Positions 52,671-64,000 of a stretch of 64,000 bases of DNA are shown piece after piece; position 1 is the stretch's first letter; every line of letters begins with the position of its first letter. Source of the stretch: Camelus ferus (Eukaryota); NCBI RefSeq assembly GCF_009834535.1, contig NC_045697.1:14510001-14574000 (forward strand). Direction: 5' to 3'. The translations under genes were made by a program, and so were the position numbers. The notes beneath the pieces were generated by a model. The model was not told where the DNA came from. It saw only the letters and a program-made list of their open reading frames with translations, and did not search any database.

Positions 52671-54540
52671 CAATGATAGATAAAGGGAGAAAATATGAGA
52701 GTGTCTTGCACATAGCAAGGGTAAATATTGGTTTTTAAAACTTGTGTTAGTTATATGAAAACATAGACAAATACGTAGATTTATGCATCTCCTTGTAAAA
52801 TGTACTTATTACTATGACTTGAGGTAAAAGAAGTTAGAAAAATCTTTTTTCAGGCCATGGCTTCCTCCGTGCTGCTACAGCAGTCACCATTTCTCAGTAT
52901 ACATTTCTCTTATGAATGTGCAGAAGCGTCTCCTGTGTTAATTAATGGGTGATACAGAAGATGTTAGTACCCTGTATGGCAGAGGTATTAACCAATCCAG
53001 AGGGTTAGTGAAGCATAGACTCAGAGGTCTCCAGTTCTGCCAAATGTTAAAAAATAAGTAAATGGCTATAAATGAAATTAGATACTAGAAAAATAATCAT
53101 ATGCCCAGAGAAGCTTTACAGGTAGTGACAATGAGCTGAGCTAATAGAGGGGTTGACGGCCTTTCTGAAATGGTTCTGCCCTTTTTAGTTCTTGGTTTTA
53201 AAACATGCTCCCACCTTAAGTCACAGACATTCTTCCAAGAATAGATTTGACTTAATTACCTATACCTTTAAAATGTAAAATGCCTTTCCAAGAGAAGCCC
53301 AGGTTTTAGTTAAATTATTCTATTAGATTGTCTTCTCTCTAAGATGAGGATAAGTTTTATGTTGAAGTGAAGACAGTGGAGGGATCTTAAAGAGTCTGCC
53401 CTGGGGCACACAGACGGTGAGGGACTCTCACGTAACTTTTTTTAAATGATCGGCTTACTGAGGGTAAATTTATTAGATCACTTCCTACCTCCGAGGATTG
53501 TTTTGAGAACTAAATGTGATAATATCTGGAACACGTAGGACACTTTCCACAATGCACTAGTGCGAGTTTCTCCCATGTCCCACTGCCCATCTGTTCCATT
53601 TTGCTCTAAATTCTAAGTTACAGACTCTTAGATAACCCAGTCAAAATAGGACGAGGCTAAAGTTGCACTTGAAAATCATCTTAGGGTTCTGAAGGGGAGA
53701 GAGAGAGAGGTTTTTATGGCTAGTTGGGTGGGTTGAAACGCTTTCCTGCCCTGTAAAGGTGGAGGTAGACTAACCATGGACAAGCACATTGGAGAGAAAC
53801 TCTTGAATCTAGTTCCTGCTCCCTGGGTCTCCACCGTTAGAGGCCCCTGGACTCCTTCAGGGAGGTTGCTGTCAGAAGTGTACCTAATTGCGCTGGTTGG
53901 TGAGCATCCTTAGGGAACACGAGTGGCCGACCCCTCCCCAGGTTGGTCTTCATGCTTTTACGCTGATGTGGGAACCTTTAAACACATAGAGGCCTCAAAC
54001 TGGATGTAATGTCAAAACAATGACTTTCTTTGAATTCTCTTATTGTTGTTTTACTTGAATTCCTATTACATAAAAGATTTTAGTTTCAATAGTTTACACA
54101 ACTTCTGTGTCCAAAACACTCATTACTGAGTTCTTTCCATAGAAGTAAAACTTGAACTTTATTTTTTAATGTTTCAGTGGGAGACTTCATCTAATACACA
54201 AAGCATTTAACAGTCTTGTTTCTCATTCTTAGTCGAGCCACACATGAATTGACTGACTTAACAAATGGTTTGTCTACTGGAAGATTTCAGGACTTTGATA
54301 GTTTGCTTTTATCAAGATCATTTTTACTTACAATAACATTAATAATAAATTATATTATATATTATATAATTTACATACATTTGTGTAATAATAAATGTGA
54401 CTACTTCAGAAGCACAATAAAATGCATAGTTAATAATTGTTACTAGATTGAAGTGTTTATTGATTAGAATTTGTGTAATTGAAGTAGGATAAAAGGGACT
54501 CCAGTATTATTTGTTTGTTTACTGTAGCAAACACAGTGGC

Positions 54541-54913
54541 TGTCTTAGCCATATCCGCTTGACCTATCTTGGAGGACACTATAGCTGCCTGAGGGTGCTC
54601 CCTGAGCCCAGAAATATGCCTACCAGGGAGGTAATGGCATGGCAGCAACCTTCACCCAACAACCAAGCAGCAGCCCTGGTCCCACTGGGCAGTTCCACAT
54701 GGTCTCTAAGGGTCTCTAAAAGGTTCTCCATGAGACTGAGCCCCCCACACAGCTGATTTGATTTGCCCTTTTTTAACCTTTCCTTCTATTCTTGCCTGGC
54801 TTTCTCATTCAGATGGATTCCTGGGGTCACTTCCCAAACAAACTCCTTGCACCAAAATGCTTGTCTTGGCATCTGATTTCAGCAGGAGGGAGAGGGGAGC
54901 CTTAACTAAGACA
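54541..54913 (+). mobile_element. LTR16/LTR33-like ERVL LTR
   Basis: TG start and TTCCTGGGGTCACTTCCCAAACAAACTCCTTGCAC...AACTAAGACA end. Confidence 0.55.
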
Positions 54914-55516
54914 TGTATTTGTTAAATTTTTGAGATTTATTGAATCCTTTCTCTGTGCCAGACATCTTTCATTTATTATGTCTGAATCCTCAGCAACAGT
55001 AGGTCTATTATTATAATACTCATTTTACAGATGATGAATTGAAGCTTATAGAGAACAGAATTTATAAATCATAGCAAGTGGCAAAGCTCAGAATCAATTT
55101 CTACTTTTCTGTTGCTTCTGTCGTTCTATTACCATCCTTTGCTTTTCTGCTGTGAGTTCTAATCAATAAACTGAACATAGACTAACTGCTGTTACAGAGT
55201 TATATTCTCTAAAATTCAAATTTCTGACTGAGTTTTGACCTATGGGATACGAAGTTGTGTCTTTTTGCTGTGATTCAGGCAAAGAAGGCTCTTCTCTGCT
55301 GGGCAATCTACCTCCCATTGACTCTACAGCTCATGCGATCCCTGCTCTTGGCTTCATTTTCCTTAGATGAAAAGCCTTGATCTAAACCATCTTTAGGATC
55401 ACTTAACGAGTTAATGTTACACAGACCTAAATGGTGGGTAGTCTAGTCCCTCTGGCGGATTCTACTACTCTAGTTTTTTGTCTTATGTCGAATTCTCTTT
55501 ATAAACGCTTCTAAAG

Positions 55517-55710
55517 CAGAGATCAGCAAACTTTTTCTATAAAGCGCCAGACAAAATATCTTAGGCATTCTGGTCTGTAAGGTGTCAGCTGCAATTACTC
55601 AATCATGCCATTGTAGCTGGAAAGCAGCAAAAGATAATACATAAAAGAATGATGTGGTTGTGTTCCAAAGAAACTGTTTACTGAAACAGGCAGCAAAGCC
55701 ACTGGACCTT
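55517..55710. mobile_element. MER58-like hAT MITE
   Basis: CAGAGATCAGCAAACTTTTTCTATAAAGCGCCAGA...TGTGTTCCAAAGAAACT. Confidence 0.7.
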
Positions 55711-58700
55711 CTCCACGTAGCACACAGAAAACACTTTCCCAAAGCCCTCGTGTCAAGATGTGGCAGACGAGAGAAAGCAGGAAAATTCCAAACAGTCCTT
55801 CTATTCTGTGTCTCCCTGGTCTTCTAGGCACTTCGGAGCTCCTTCCCATAGAGCTTCTCAAAGAAACAAAGAAAAAAGAAAGCTTTTCCTGTGTCTTCTT
55901 ATCTGAACCTATCAGAGTGGCTTCTGTTTGACAGGGAGTGTTTTGTGTTTGTGTTTGTGCTGGGCTTAAGGGCTGAGAACAGTCAATACTCAACGGTGCT
56001 GTCGTCTGGAGAGCGGGAGGACATACAAGCATTGCATTTGGATGTTCTCTCCTTTTGAACAAAGTTTCTGACCAGGTTTGCTTGCTAAGGGTCTATTATT
56101 GGCATTTTCATTATAACTCCTCTAACACTAAGCTTTTTCAAAGGACTTATGACTCAGAATAAACATTTCCTTGAGTTTGAATCTGGCATACTTGATGCTA
56201 TTCAAGGGGTACATTTCTTTGCAGAGACTCTCCATGGAGAACGCCCTGAGCCTCTTTTAGGGAGCCCAAAAGATCCTGAAAAGGAAATTGCTGCCTCATG
56301 CTTGAAATTTTCGTCAGCTCTCTGAGCCGACAATGAATAAACATAGTCTAAAATGATTTCTGATCCAATTTGTATTGAAAATCTCTCCTGGACTCATGAT
56401 CTGTAATTAATGATAGTTCAGGAAACCTATGTAAGTATCTTAGAGCTGTGAAAAGATGAAATAGGCTTCCTTGTGAAGCAATGAGTTCCTTGTCATTAGA
56501 TGTAATCAGACGGAAGTTGAATAACAACTCACCAATGATGCTGCTTAGAGATTTTGCTTTAGGTGAGGCTTTGAGCAAACAGGTTCCCAGAGCCCCACTT
56601 ACCCACCTGTTAGGGAGAACTGAGGCCGATTAGAAAGGCTGCCTGGACTGTACACCTTCCTTCCCTAACCTCTCCTCCTTGAATTGGGGAAGCTCGCTTT
56701 TTTTTTTTTTTTTTTTACCTGATTTACATACTGAACATTTAGGATGCTTCCTTTAAAGAAAGTGTTGTACTAATAATAATTTTTAAAAATAAAGAAAATA
56801 AATGTTAACCCAGAAGAGATTTCCATTTCTTCTAACTCTTAAGATCTTAAATTTCCTACAAGTAGGCTTTGACACATTCTTAATGCGAACTCCTCCCTTT
56901 CCGTCTTCTTCTGAAGTGTCTCCTGACCTCCACTCAGCAAGTATGAAACCTGTTTATTCTTGGTAAATTTTACAGTTGACTTCTGATGCAAGTGTAGAAA
57001 GTTCCCCATAGGTTTTTCCATTCACAGGGAATAGCCACTGGGTTTAAGGTTTTGACCATCATTAATAAGTAAACTCTTCAAAAATCTAGCAGAGCTGTGT
57101 TCACTGAGAACTCATTCCTTTAGGAACAAAAGAAAACCTTTAGTTAATATCCATTGGCAGACAATATCTTGGCTCTAGAGGCACAGTCTTTGTGCTATTT
57201 CCCCACCTGACTTTTAGATTTTTCTCCATCTTTAAAGCTGAGATTCTTCTAAGTAAAAATTGAAATAGAAAAGAGAATGAAACATGGGGAGGCATTAGTA
57301 TAGAATAGAGAAAACCCCCAAAATATTAGCATCAAACATGTATCAGGTATGGTATGTACTCAATAAAAATGTACTGAATGAATAAATCATTGGGGGTCAT
57401 TATTATAGACGTTCTATATGGAATCCTTCTACAAAAAGAAAAACATCTTGAAACAAACATCTGATTTAAATACTGGGTCAATGTGGAATTTTATAGTAAT
57501 TTGGGAAAACTGCTTCTGGTGGCAAACTTTAAAGCAATAGGCAGGCATTCAGCTTATGCAGAAACTACTACAGATGAAAAATATTGATTTATTCAGTTGT
57601 GTAGGCTCTGAAGGAAACGATATACGGTTTTTCTGGCAAAAGCTAATGAATTTATGGCAAAAATAAATTTGCCTTGTATGGCAAGTGTCATAAACACATA
57701 ATTATCTGATAAATATAATTCCATTTGTTTTTCCAGGTAATTGATATTTTAAATATTTGCAGAGGGCCATAGCAAAAAAAAAAAAAAAAAAAAAAAAGGA
57801 ATCTATGTCTTCCATATAAAATCTAACCAGTTGGCAGGCGAGAAAGAGGAAAATTCTTCCCCAGATCATCCCAACGATCCAATTCACACTTATAAAAAGA
57901 GTCCTTTCCCGAACCCTAGAGTTCTGGCACGGAACAGAACCAAACCCAATTACGTATCACCCTAAAGCTTCATCAGGAGACTCACTTGTATTCGTTTAAC
58001 GATCAGTATTAAAACCAGATCAGCCTGGAGGCTTTAGCTGTCCTGGATGGATACAATTTGGCTCTTTGATAACACAAGCTGTGTGGAGGACGTTCTCTCT
58101 GGGCTCTCTGTGCACTCTATGCTGCAAATGCAGAGTGAGTAAAATTAGAATGGCCTTAAGCTTCAGCCACTGTCTCTAATGCCCTAAGACCAAGGGGTCT
58201 CTCTGTCTTTACCCTGGGTTTCCTGAGCATGGTAGCCTGTGATGCTTCTCAAAATTGAGTTCTGGGTGGCTGGGGCAGCCTTGGACATCTTTTGTTACAG
58301 TGCTGGTTTTCCTCTCTCCATCCCCCGTGGAGGGGACACATTAGTTTTCAAGGCACAGCGTAAGTTCCATCTGTTATCCTCAGCATTTAGGGAGATTACA
58401 TGCCAGACAAAAGAGTTACTGAATGAATTAAAAGTAAATGTCACTTTCTAAAACTCAGCCTAGTAAACACAGCTTGGGGAAATATTTCCTTTCCCCCCGA
58501 GTTACAGCTATTGGAGTCAGGCAAAATGGCGCCTCAGACCCGGGTCACATCTGGAGAGCCTCACAGCTGCCCCGCACCCTGTGGTAAGGATCAGTGAACA
58601 GTTCTTTCTCACTATCAGTTGCAGAGCCTGAAAGGGGAAGCCTCCATGAGATCCAGGAACAGCACATTACAGTCCAGCATGATCAATAGGACAACCCCAC

Positions 58701-59364
58701 AATGGCCCAAAGCAAGTCCCTTCTCTTATCCTGGCTCTCAATTAATTTTGCTTTTAATGGACATGAATCCAGGCTGATGGTTTCTGGAAGTTTCTCAGAT
58801 ACAATGTTTTGTGTGACAGCATCAAGCTTCCTTTCTTATCTCAGTGGTTAGTTGGTTCCTGTTCTCATCTTTAATACACAGAAGAATAGTTGCCTCTCTG
58901 TTGAATTTGTCTGGTTTCTTAAATAGTGAACCCTTTACTTTGCCTGCAGTTGTCGAAGCTAATTTTAATATGTATCAAAAACCATTTTGAGGTTGAAATA
59001 TGACATTTCACTAATCATTCAAATAAAAAAGCAGAGTGGTTGAAACTGCCATGTGCTCTGTAGCAACTACCAATGAGCAATAGCAATCTCTGCCTTCTAT
59101 CTCTGCGGCTCTGAGATTTACAGCAACCAGAAATGCATAATGACCTGAGTTTCACAAGTTATGAGTCATGTTCAGATTCTGTGGGCCCAGCAAATTCTCA
59201 TTGGTGGTGATGCACAGTCATTGGAAAACCAAAAAAAAAAAAAAAATACAATCTCTGACCTCAAGCCTCCGTTAACTGGGAGGCTGGTATAGACGGCAGA
59301 AGTGGAAACTTTAGGAAAAGGAAGAGAGGAGAACGAGCAGTTACTGAGACTCCCCAATGTATTA

Positions 59365-59830
59365 TTGCAGTGGACACCACTGATGCTCTGCCTGCATCCC
59401 CTGGGGTCCCGGTCACCAGATTTTACAGCCTTTGGCTGCTTCAGTCAGCTTTTGCTCCCTCTAACGGCCTGCATCTGTGACTCAGCTTGGCTGGATGGCC
59501 CTTGGGTTGCTGAAGTCCCTGTGTCCACAGGGGCAGAGAATGGGAAATGCCTTAGGTCTATGGCCCCACTGTTACCCTAAGCCAAATTGGTTAGTGAGGG
59601 AGGAAGAAGGCCCAGCATTTTGGCCGTAAGTCATGGCAAACCCTGAAGAACGATTTGCACAACAGAGATCCTCTCTGCAGGATCGTGCTAAGGTTGGGAC
59701 TTTGCCTGAAACCATGCCTTTGCTTGGTTCTTCCTCTCCTCTCCTCCCTTCTTCCCTTCTCCTGGGAGCACTCCCTGAATAAACCACTTGCCCAGAATCC
59801 TTGTCTCAGGATCTGCTTGGGATACACTGG
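59365..59830 (+). mobile_element. LTR16-like ERVL LTR
   Basis: CTCCTGGGAGCACTCCCTGAATAAACCACTTGC...TCTCAGGATCTGCTT 3' end. Confidence 0.65.
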
Positions 59831-61666
59831 ACTGGACCTTTCACTTGTACTCTGTTACATATGCTATGCTTTTTGCATATATTATCTTACATATGCTATG
59901 CCTTTTTATATATACTGTATATTTAATTTGCACAATTCTAGGAGGAAATTGAGGATCAGAGATTTTAATTAACCTGCCCAATATCCTAGAGCAGGTGTTG
60001 GAGGTACGGGCCTCTTGAACCTTAGTCTTATTTCTTTCTTTATTGTATTTTATCCTCAGCCTGGCAAAGGATATGGAAAGCATAAATGCTACATTGGGAA
60101 TAAATGCACTTGGAGATAGATGACCTTCACAAACTGGGCCCAATGAAAATACTAACTTCTTAACAACAGGATATCAGTTGAGAAGGAAAAGATAAGCCCA
60201 GGTTTGTGTTCTATGTTTGTTGAAAAATGTATAAAGCATCAAGCATATCTCTTGGCACTGGAAGCAAAAGGAGTCTTAAAAACTGCTACGTGAGTTGTTT
60301 CATGTCTACTTTTAAAAATAAAATACTTAACTGAGAAGTTGCTAGATTCACTGTAACACGGTCTTTGCTTGAGACAAATCTTTGCAAATAGTAGATCAAT
60401 AAAGTCGCCCTTCACTGCCTCCCGAGGAAGTTAACAAGCTTGGCAGGAAATGATGAAGACCCAGAAAGCCTTCAGTTTGGATTTTTTATAACAAATTAGT
60501 TCAAATTAATGGCCTCAAATGGACAGAATTAGAGTCCCCATTTAGCTTGCTCTTTCTCATTAATTACTTCCACTGTGCTTCTGCCACAATTAGTTTTACA
60601 AAGCAGCCCTGAAAGCAAACAAAAGAAATGCTTCCCACATCTGCCATGATAAAAGACTCTTCTTAGATTGTCATTAAATTTACCCCAAAGATTCCATTAT
60701 CCTTTGCTTTTTTTCTTTTTCACCTTCAGTGCTTGGGGAATTCAGAGATGCCACAGCTGCAGGGCTATCGATGACTCACGCAGGAAGCACTGCCAACAGT
60801 CCCTCAGGGCCGGGACTTTTAGACGGGCCTCCTTCTCCTGCTTTCCCAGAGCATCCAAGTCAGACACACAAATACTGCTCACTTCACCATCCACTGAAGG
60901 GCTTTGAACGCCTTCACTAATATTAGGTGATGGCAAAGTGGGAAGTAAAATTTCTAAAGTCAGAGTCCTACCACACAGTTGGAAGAATGACTTATCAGGC
61001 ATGAAACTCTCGGAAAATGGGTTGATAATCTATAAACATTTGCTGCACAAATGCAGATCAACCAATGCACATTAAATGGCAAGCATTTTACAAACATCAG
61101 CTTTGCAAGGCAAGTGCTATTAACTCTTCAATTTGCCTAGAAGTCTGAGTCGGAGATTGCCAACTTGCTCACTCCAGTAAGCAGAAAAGCTGAGATTCAA
61201 AATCATAAATCTCCAGTTTGAGCTCAGTGTCCCAGCTCATTTACAATGTACCCATGGGCTCAGTGGTCCAAAATGGGAAAGGCTGCAGCATGCAGAGGCC
61301 CCCGTGAATTCCCCGGGCTATCATCCCCGAGTTTGCGTGGGTGAATGGACGCAGTTTTGCCGACTGTACAAGACTGAGAGGGAAGCCAAAAGTGGCAGAC
61401 ATGGGGCAGACATATCTGCAGAAACGGGCTTCAGGAGAGAGAGGCAGAAAATCTTTTGTAGCCATAAACAGACATCACTTCTGGGCCCTGGAATCCCCTA
61501 TAAGAACCCAGTACTCTGTTCTACACTATTCAGTTTTTAAACCCTTTCTTTTGAGTGCCTACTGTATGTCAGATCCCTGCCTTCAAAGAACCCACATTCT
61601 AAAAGGAGAGACAAAATAAACTGGACAATTTCAGGTTATTATAACTTCTCTTTTAAGGAAACGGGT

Positions 61667-61802
61667 GGGGAGGGGATAGTGATAGAGCACATGCTTATCA
61701 TGCACATCCTAGGTTCAATCCCCAGGACCTCCATTAAAAAAAATCAATAAAAATAAATAAATAAACAAACAAACAAACCTAATTAACACCCCCCCAAAAA
61801 AA
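61667..61802 (+). mobile_element. tRNA-Ala-derived SINE, Vic-1 (camelid) type
   Basis: GGGGAGGG start, GATAGAGCACATGCTTATCATGCAC, B box GGTTCAATCCC (61712-61722), and an A-rich tail followed by AAACCTAATTA..CCCCC. The A box is partly deleted. Confidence 0.8.
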
Positions 61803-62983
61803 GGGGGGAAAAAACACCCCAGCAAGTCTTAAGGTAATAGTTGATACAATGGAGAGGAACATTTCATGGCTCTTATTTCCATGACTGCTTTCACTAGCAG
61901 ACTGTGAACTCCTGGGAGTGGTACTTCCATTTGTTATTCATCTTTATATGCCTGATGTTTAGCATGATTTTGGATACTCAATAAGCGCCCATTTAATGAA
62001 TGAATAGACTGATGAGCACAGGAAGCAGCCTGTCAGCGCAGTGTTCTGAAGGCTTGCTGGAAAAGCGAAGGTGAGCCACTCAAAGGAAGGCCGATTTTCT
62101 CCACTGACACTGAAGTCACATGCTTTCCCATTTTCTGATTTTGAAACATTTGGTGTTCCCATAATAAGAGGCAGACTTTCCTCTGTCACACTTTCCTCTA
62201 GTGGCCACTTGCCATGAACACTTTAAGGGGAACAAGGTCAAACTGGCTATCTTCCAGCAAGGATTAAAATTAATTAAAAACGAATATTGATGTGGGGCTT
62301 CAGGACTTAGGGGATTTGGGTTTCTTTGTTGGGTTTTGAAGACAAATTCACTATCAAAACATTGCAGCTGATCCTCTTACAGGAGGGAAAATATTCACAT
62401 TTTAAAAGTGTATCTTGGTTTCTACCTACCATTGAGCTTTTAAAAATTGTCTCAGACCTAAAATCAAAGCAGTATTTTCACAGTATAACCATACCCTTCT
62501 TTACTGTAATGCTGCTTTAGGCAGGACATATATGAAAAACAAGTTAAAAAAAAAACAGCATACAATCTGCACTTCAGCTTAGCCTTGACCAAATCAAAAT
62601 TTGAAGGGACTGAGGACTAATGAATGAGACCTCAGACATCTGAAAATTCAAAAAGAGGACTACAAGGGTGTGGATGGAAATGACTAGAGAGCTTTTCAAA
62701 TGCCTTGTCCAAAAACATATGGACTTTTTTGCAAATAACATATTTTTCCCTTTCACCTGTCTTATTATGATTAAGTTTCCTTATGTGATAAGACAAATGC
62801 GATTTTTTACTCGAAGTGGACATGAGTTTTGAAGAACATAAAAACCACCATATAAAACTGGACCAAAGTTCTACATATCTTTATTTTCTCAGCTCTTCTC
62901 TTCAACCTTTAATCCTCAATACTCTTTTAGCTTCAACCCTATAATTTTTTAGCAAAGATTTCTGATGATGTATATGAATGTCT

Positions 62984-63029
62984 ATGGATATAAAATAGTG
63001 GGATGGATATAAAATAGTGGGATGGATAT
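62984..63029. repeat. 19-bp tandem repeat, 2.4 perfect copies (ATGGATATAAAATAGTGGG)
   Basis: Directly visible in the sequence. Confidence 0.95.
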
Positions 63030-64000
63030 TGTCTAGTGAGGATTTCAGATACTGTAAATGAGTATCTGGCATGTTCCAGATAGACTGTTGGCTCTTGGTG
63101 AAAGTAAATGGTTTTATTGGCCTTCTCTTTTGGTCTGTAAATTTCATGAAAAACTGGCTCATTAGCTGGACTCAGCAATCATGATATGCACCCTCTCCAC
63201 TTTCCTCGCTCAAGGATGTATTCTACCACAGATTCCTGAGGCAGGCTCAGACTTAAAAGATTAACTTCATATTTCCAAAGACTAACCATGCAAAGCAATT
63301 TCAAATTAAAGTAATTGAATTTGGATTATGGAGCAAGCAAGCCAGAAGAAGGGCCTTCTCAAATAAGCAACTGTTCATATGTCAAAAACCCCACATCCAG
63401 GAATTACAAACACAAATACACAAATATAATTTCACTCCCTGTACTCTATTTGCTGCTGACCACAGTTGTGTTGCAATCAGTTAGGAACTCATCCTAGGGA
63501 AATGCAAAGAAGCCAGAAATGATCTTTTGATGACGACAAGAAACTAGCTTTTTGGTCTGCACAGTAACTTACAGGAAAACAACTTAAGAGAAAACATGGG
63601 AACATAAGGAGACAGCATGTATACATATCTGGGAGGCAAATAAAATTTATCTAAATGAAACACTGCGAATTTGGTGGCCAACAGCTTCCATGATGAAATC
63701 AGCATGAAGCAGAGGAAGTGCGCATCAGGAGAACTGGGTTTGGTGTTAGACCTGCCTGGTAGCTGCTATGCCCTTATCTATAAAATACACACAAATACCT
63801 AACTTTCTGGGGATGCAGGTGAAAGGATCAGATGAGATGACCCAAGTACAAGCAACCAGCACAACGCTGGGTCAGGCTGCATGCTCAGTCAACATCAATC
63901 TCCATTCTCTGCCTCCCTCCTCTGGACGTATCTTTGGACTGTTCTAGGTCTCAGTTTCCACACCTGTGAGATGGGAACAGCCTCAAAGGTTTCCCTTTGA

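Noticed and set aside
55595..56062. 155-aa minus-strand ORF
   Set aside because: Non-ATG start, runs into a MER58 MITE, and has no recognisable domain.
61667..61735. tRNA-Ala gene
   Set aside because: The A box and D arm are deleted and a SINE tail follows, so it is a SINE head and not a functional tRNA.
1..64000. CRISPR arrays, operons, rRNA or prokaryotic defence systems
   Set aside because: The sequence is mammalian intronic DNA, with no regularly spaced repeat-spacer array or gene-dense structure.

Overview
This is mammalian, repeat-rich, largely non-coding DNA, most likely from a camelid, judging by a Vic-1-type tRNA-derived SINE at about 61.7 kb. The only host coding sequence I can support is a 112-nt alternative first coding exon of KCNIP4 on the minus strand (4321-4432, MLTLEWESEGLQTVGIVVIICASLKLLHLLGLIDFSE, phase-1 GT donor), next to a CpG-rich promoter region. 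By inference from the known KCNIP4 gene structure, the rest of the window is intron. It contains a decayed, gag-deleted gamma-like ERV with both LTRs (9054-13766), solo LTRs, MLT1, L1, L2 and MIR fragments, DNA transposon relics and microsatellites. It also contains a relatively young 2.9-kb L1 derivative with 5'UTR and ORF1 but almost no ORF2, flanked by a perfect 16-bp TSD. Almost all other ORFs in the track are L1/ERV debris or chance. I found no convincing new biological system. The best leads are the half-L1-like element, an out-of-frame uORF overlapping the KCNIP4 start codon, a candidate cryptic exon, and several nested or rearranged insertions. Repeat family names come from recognising consensus sequences by eye, not from a database run.
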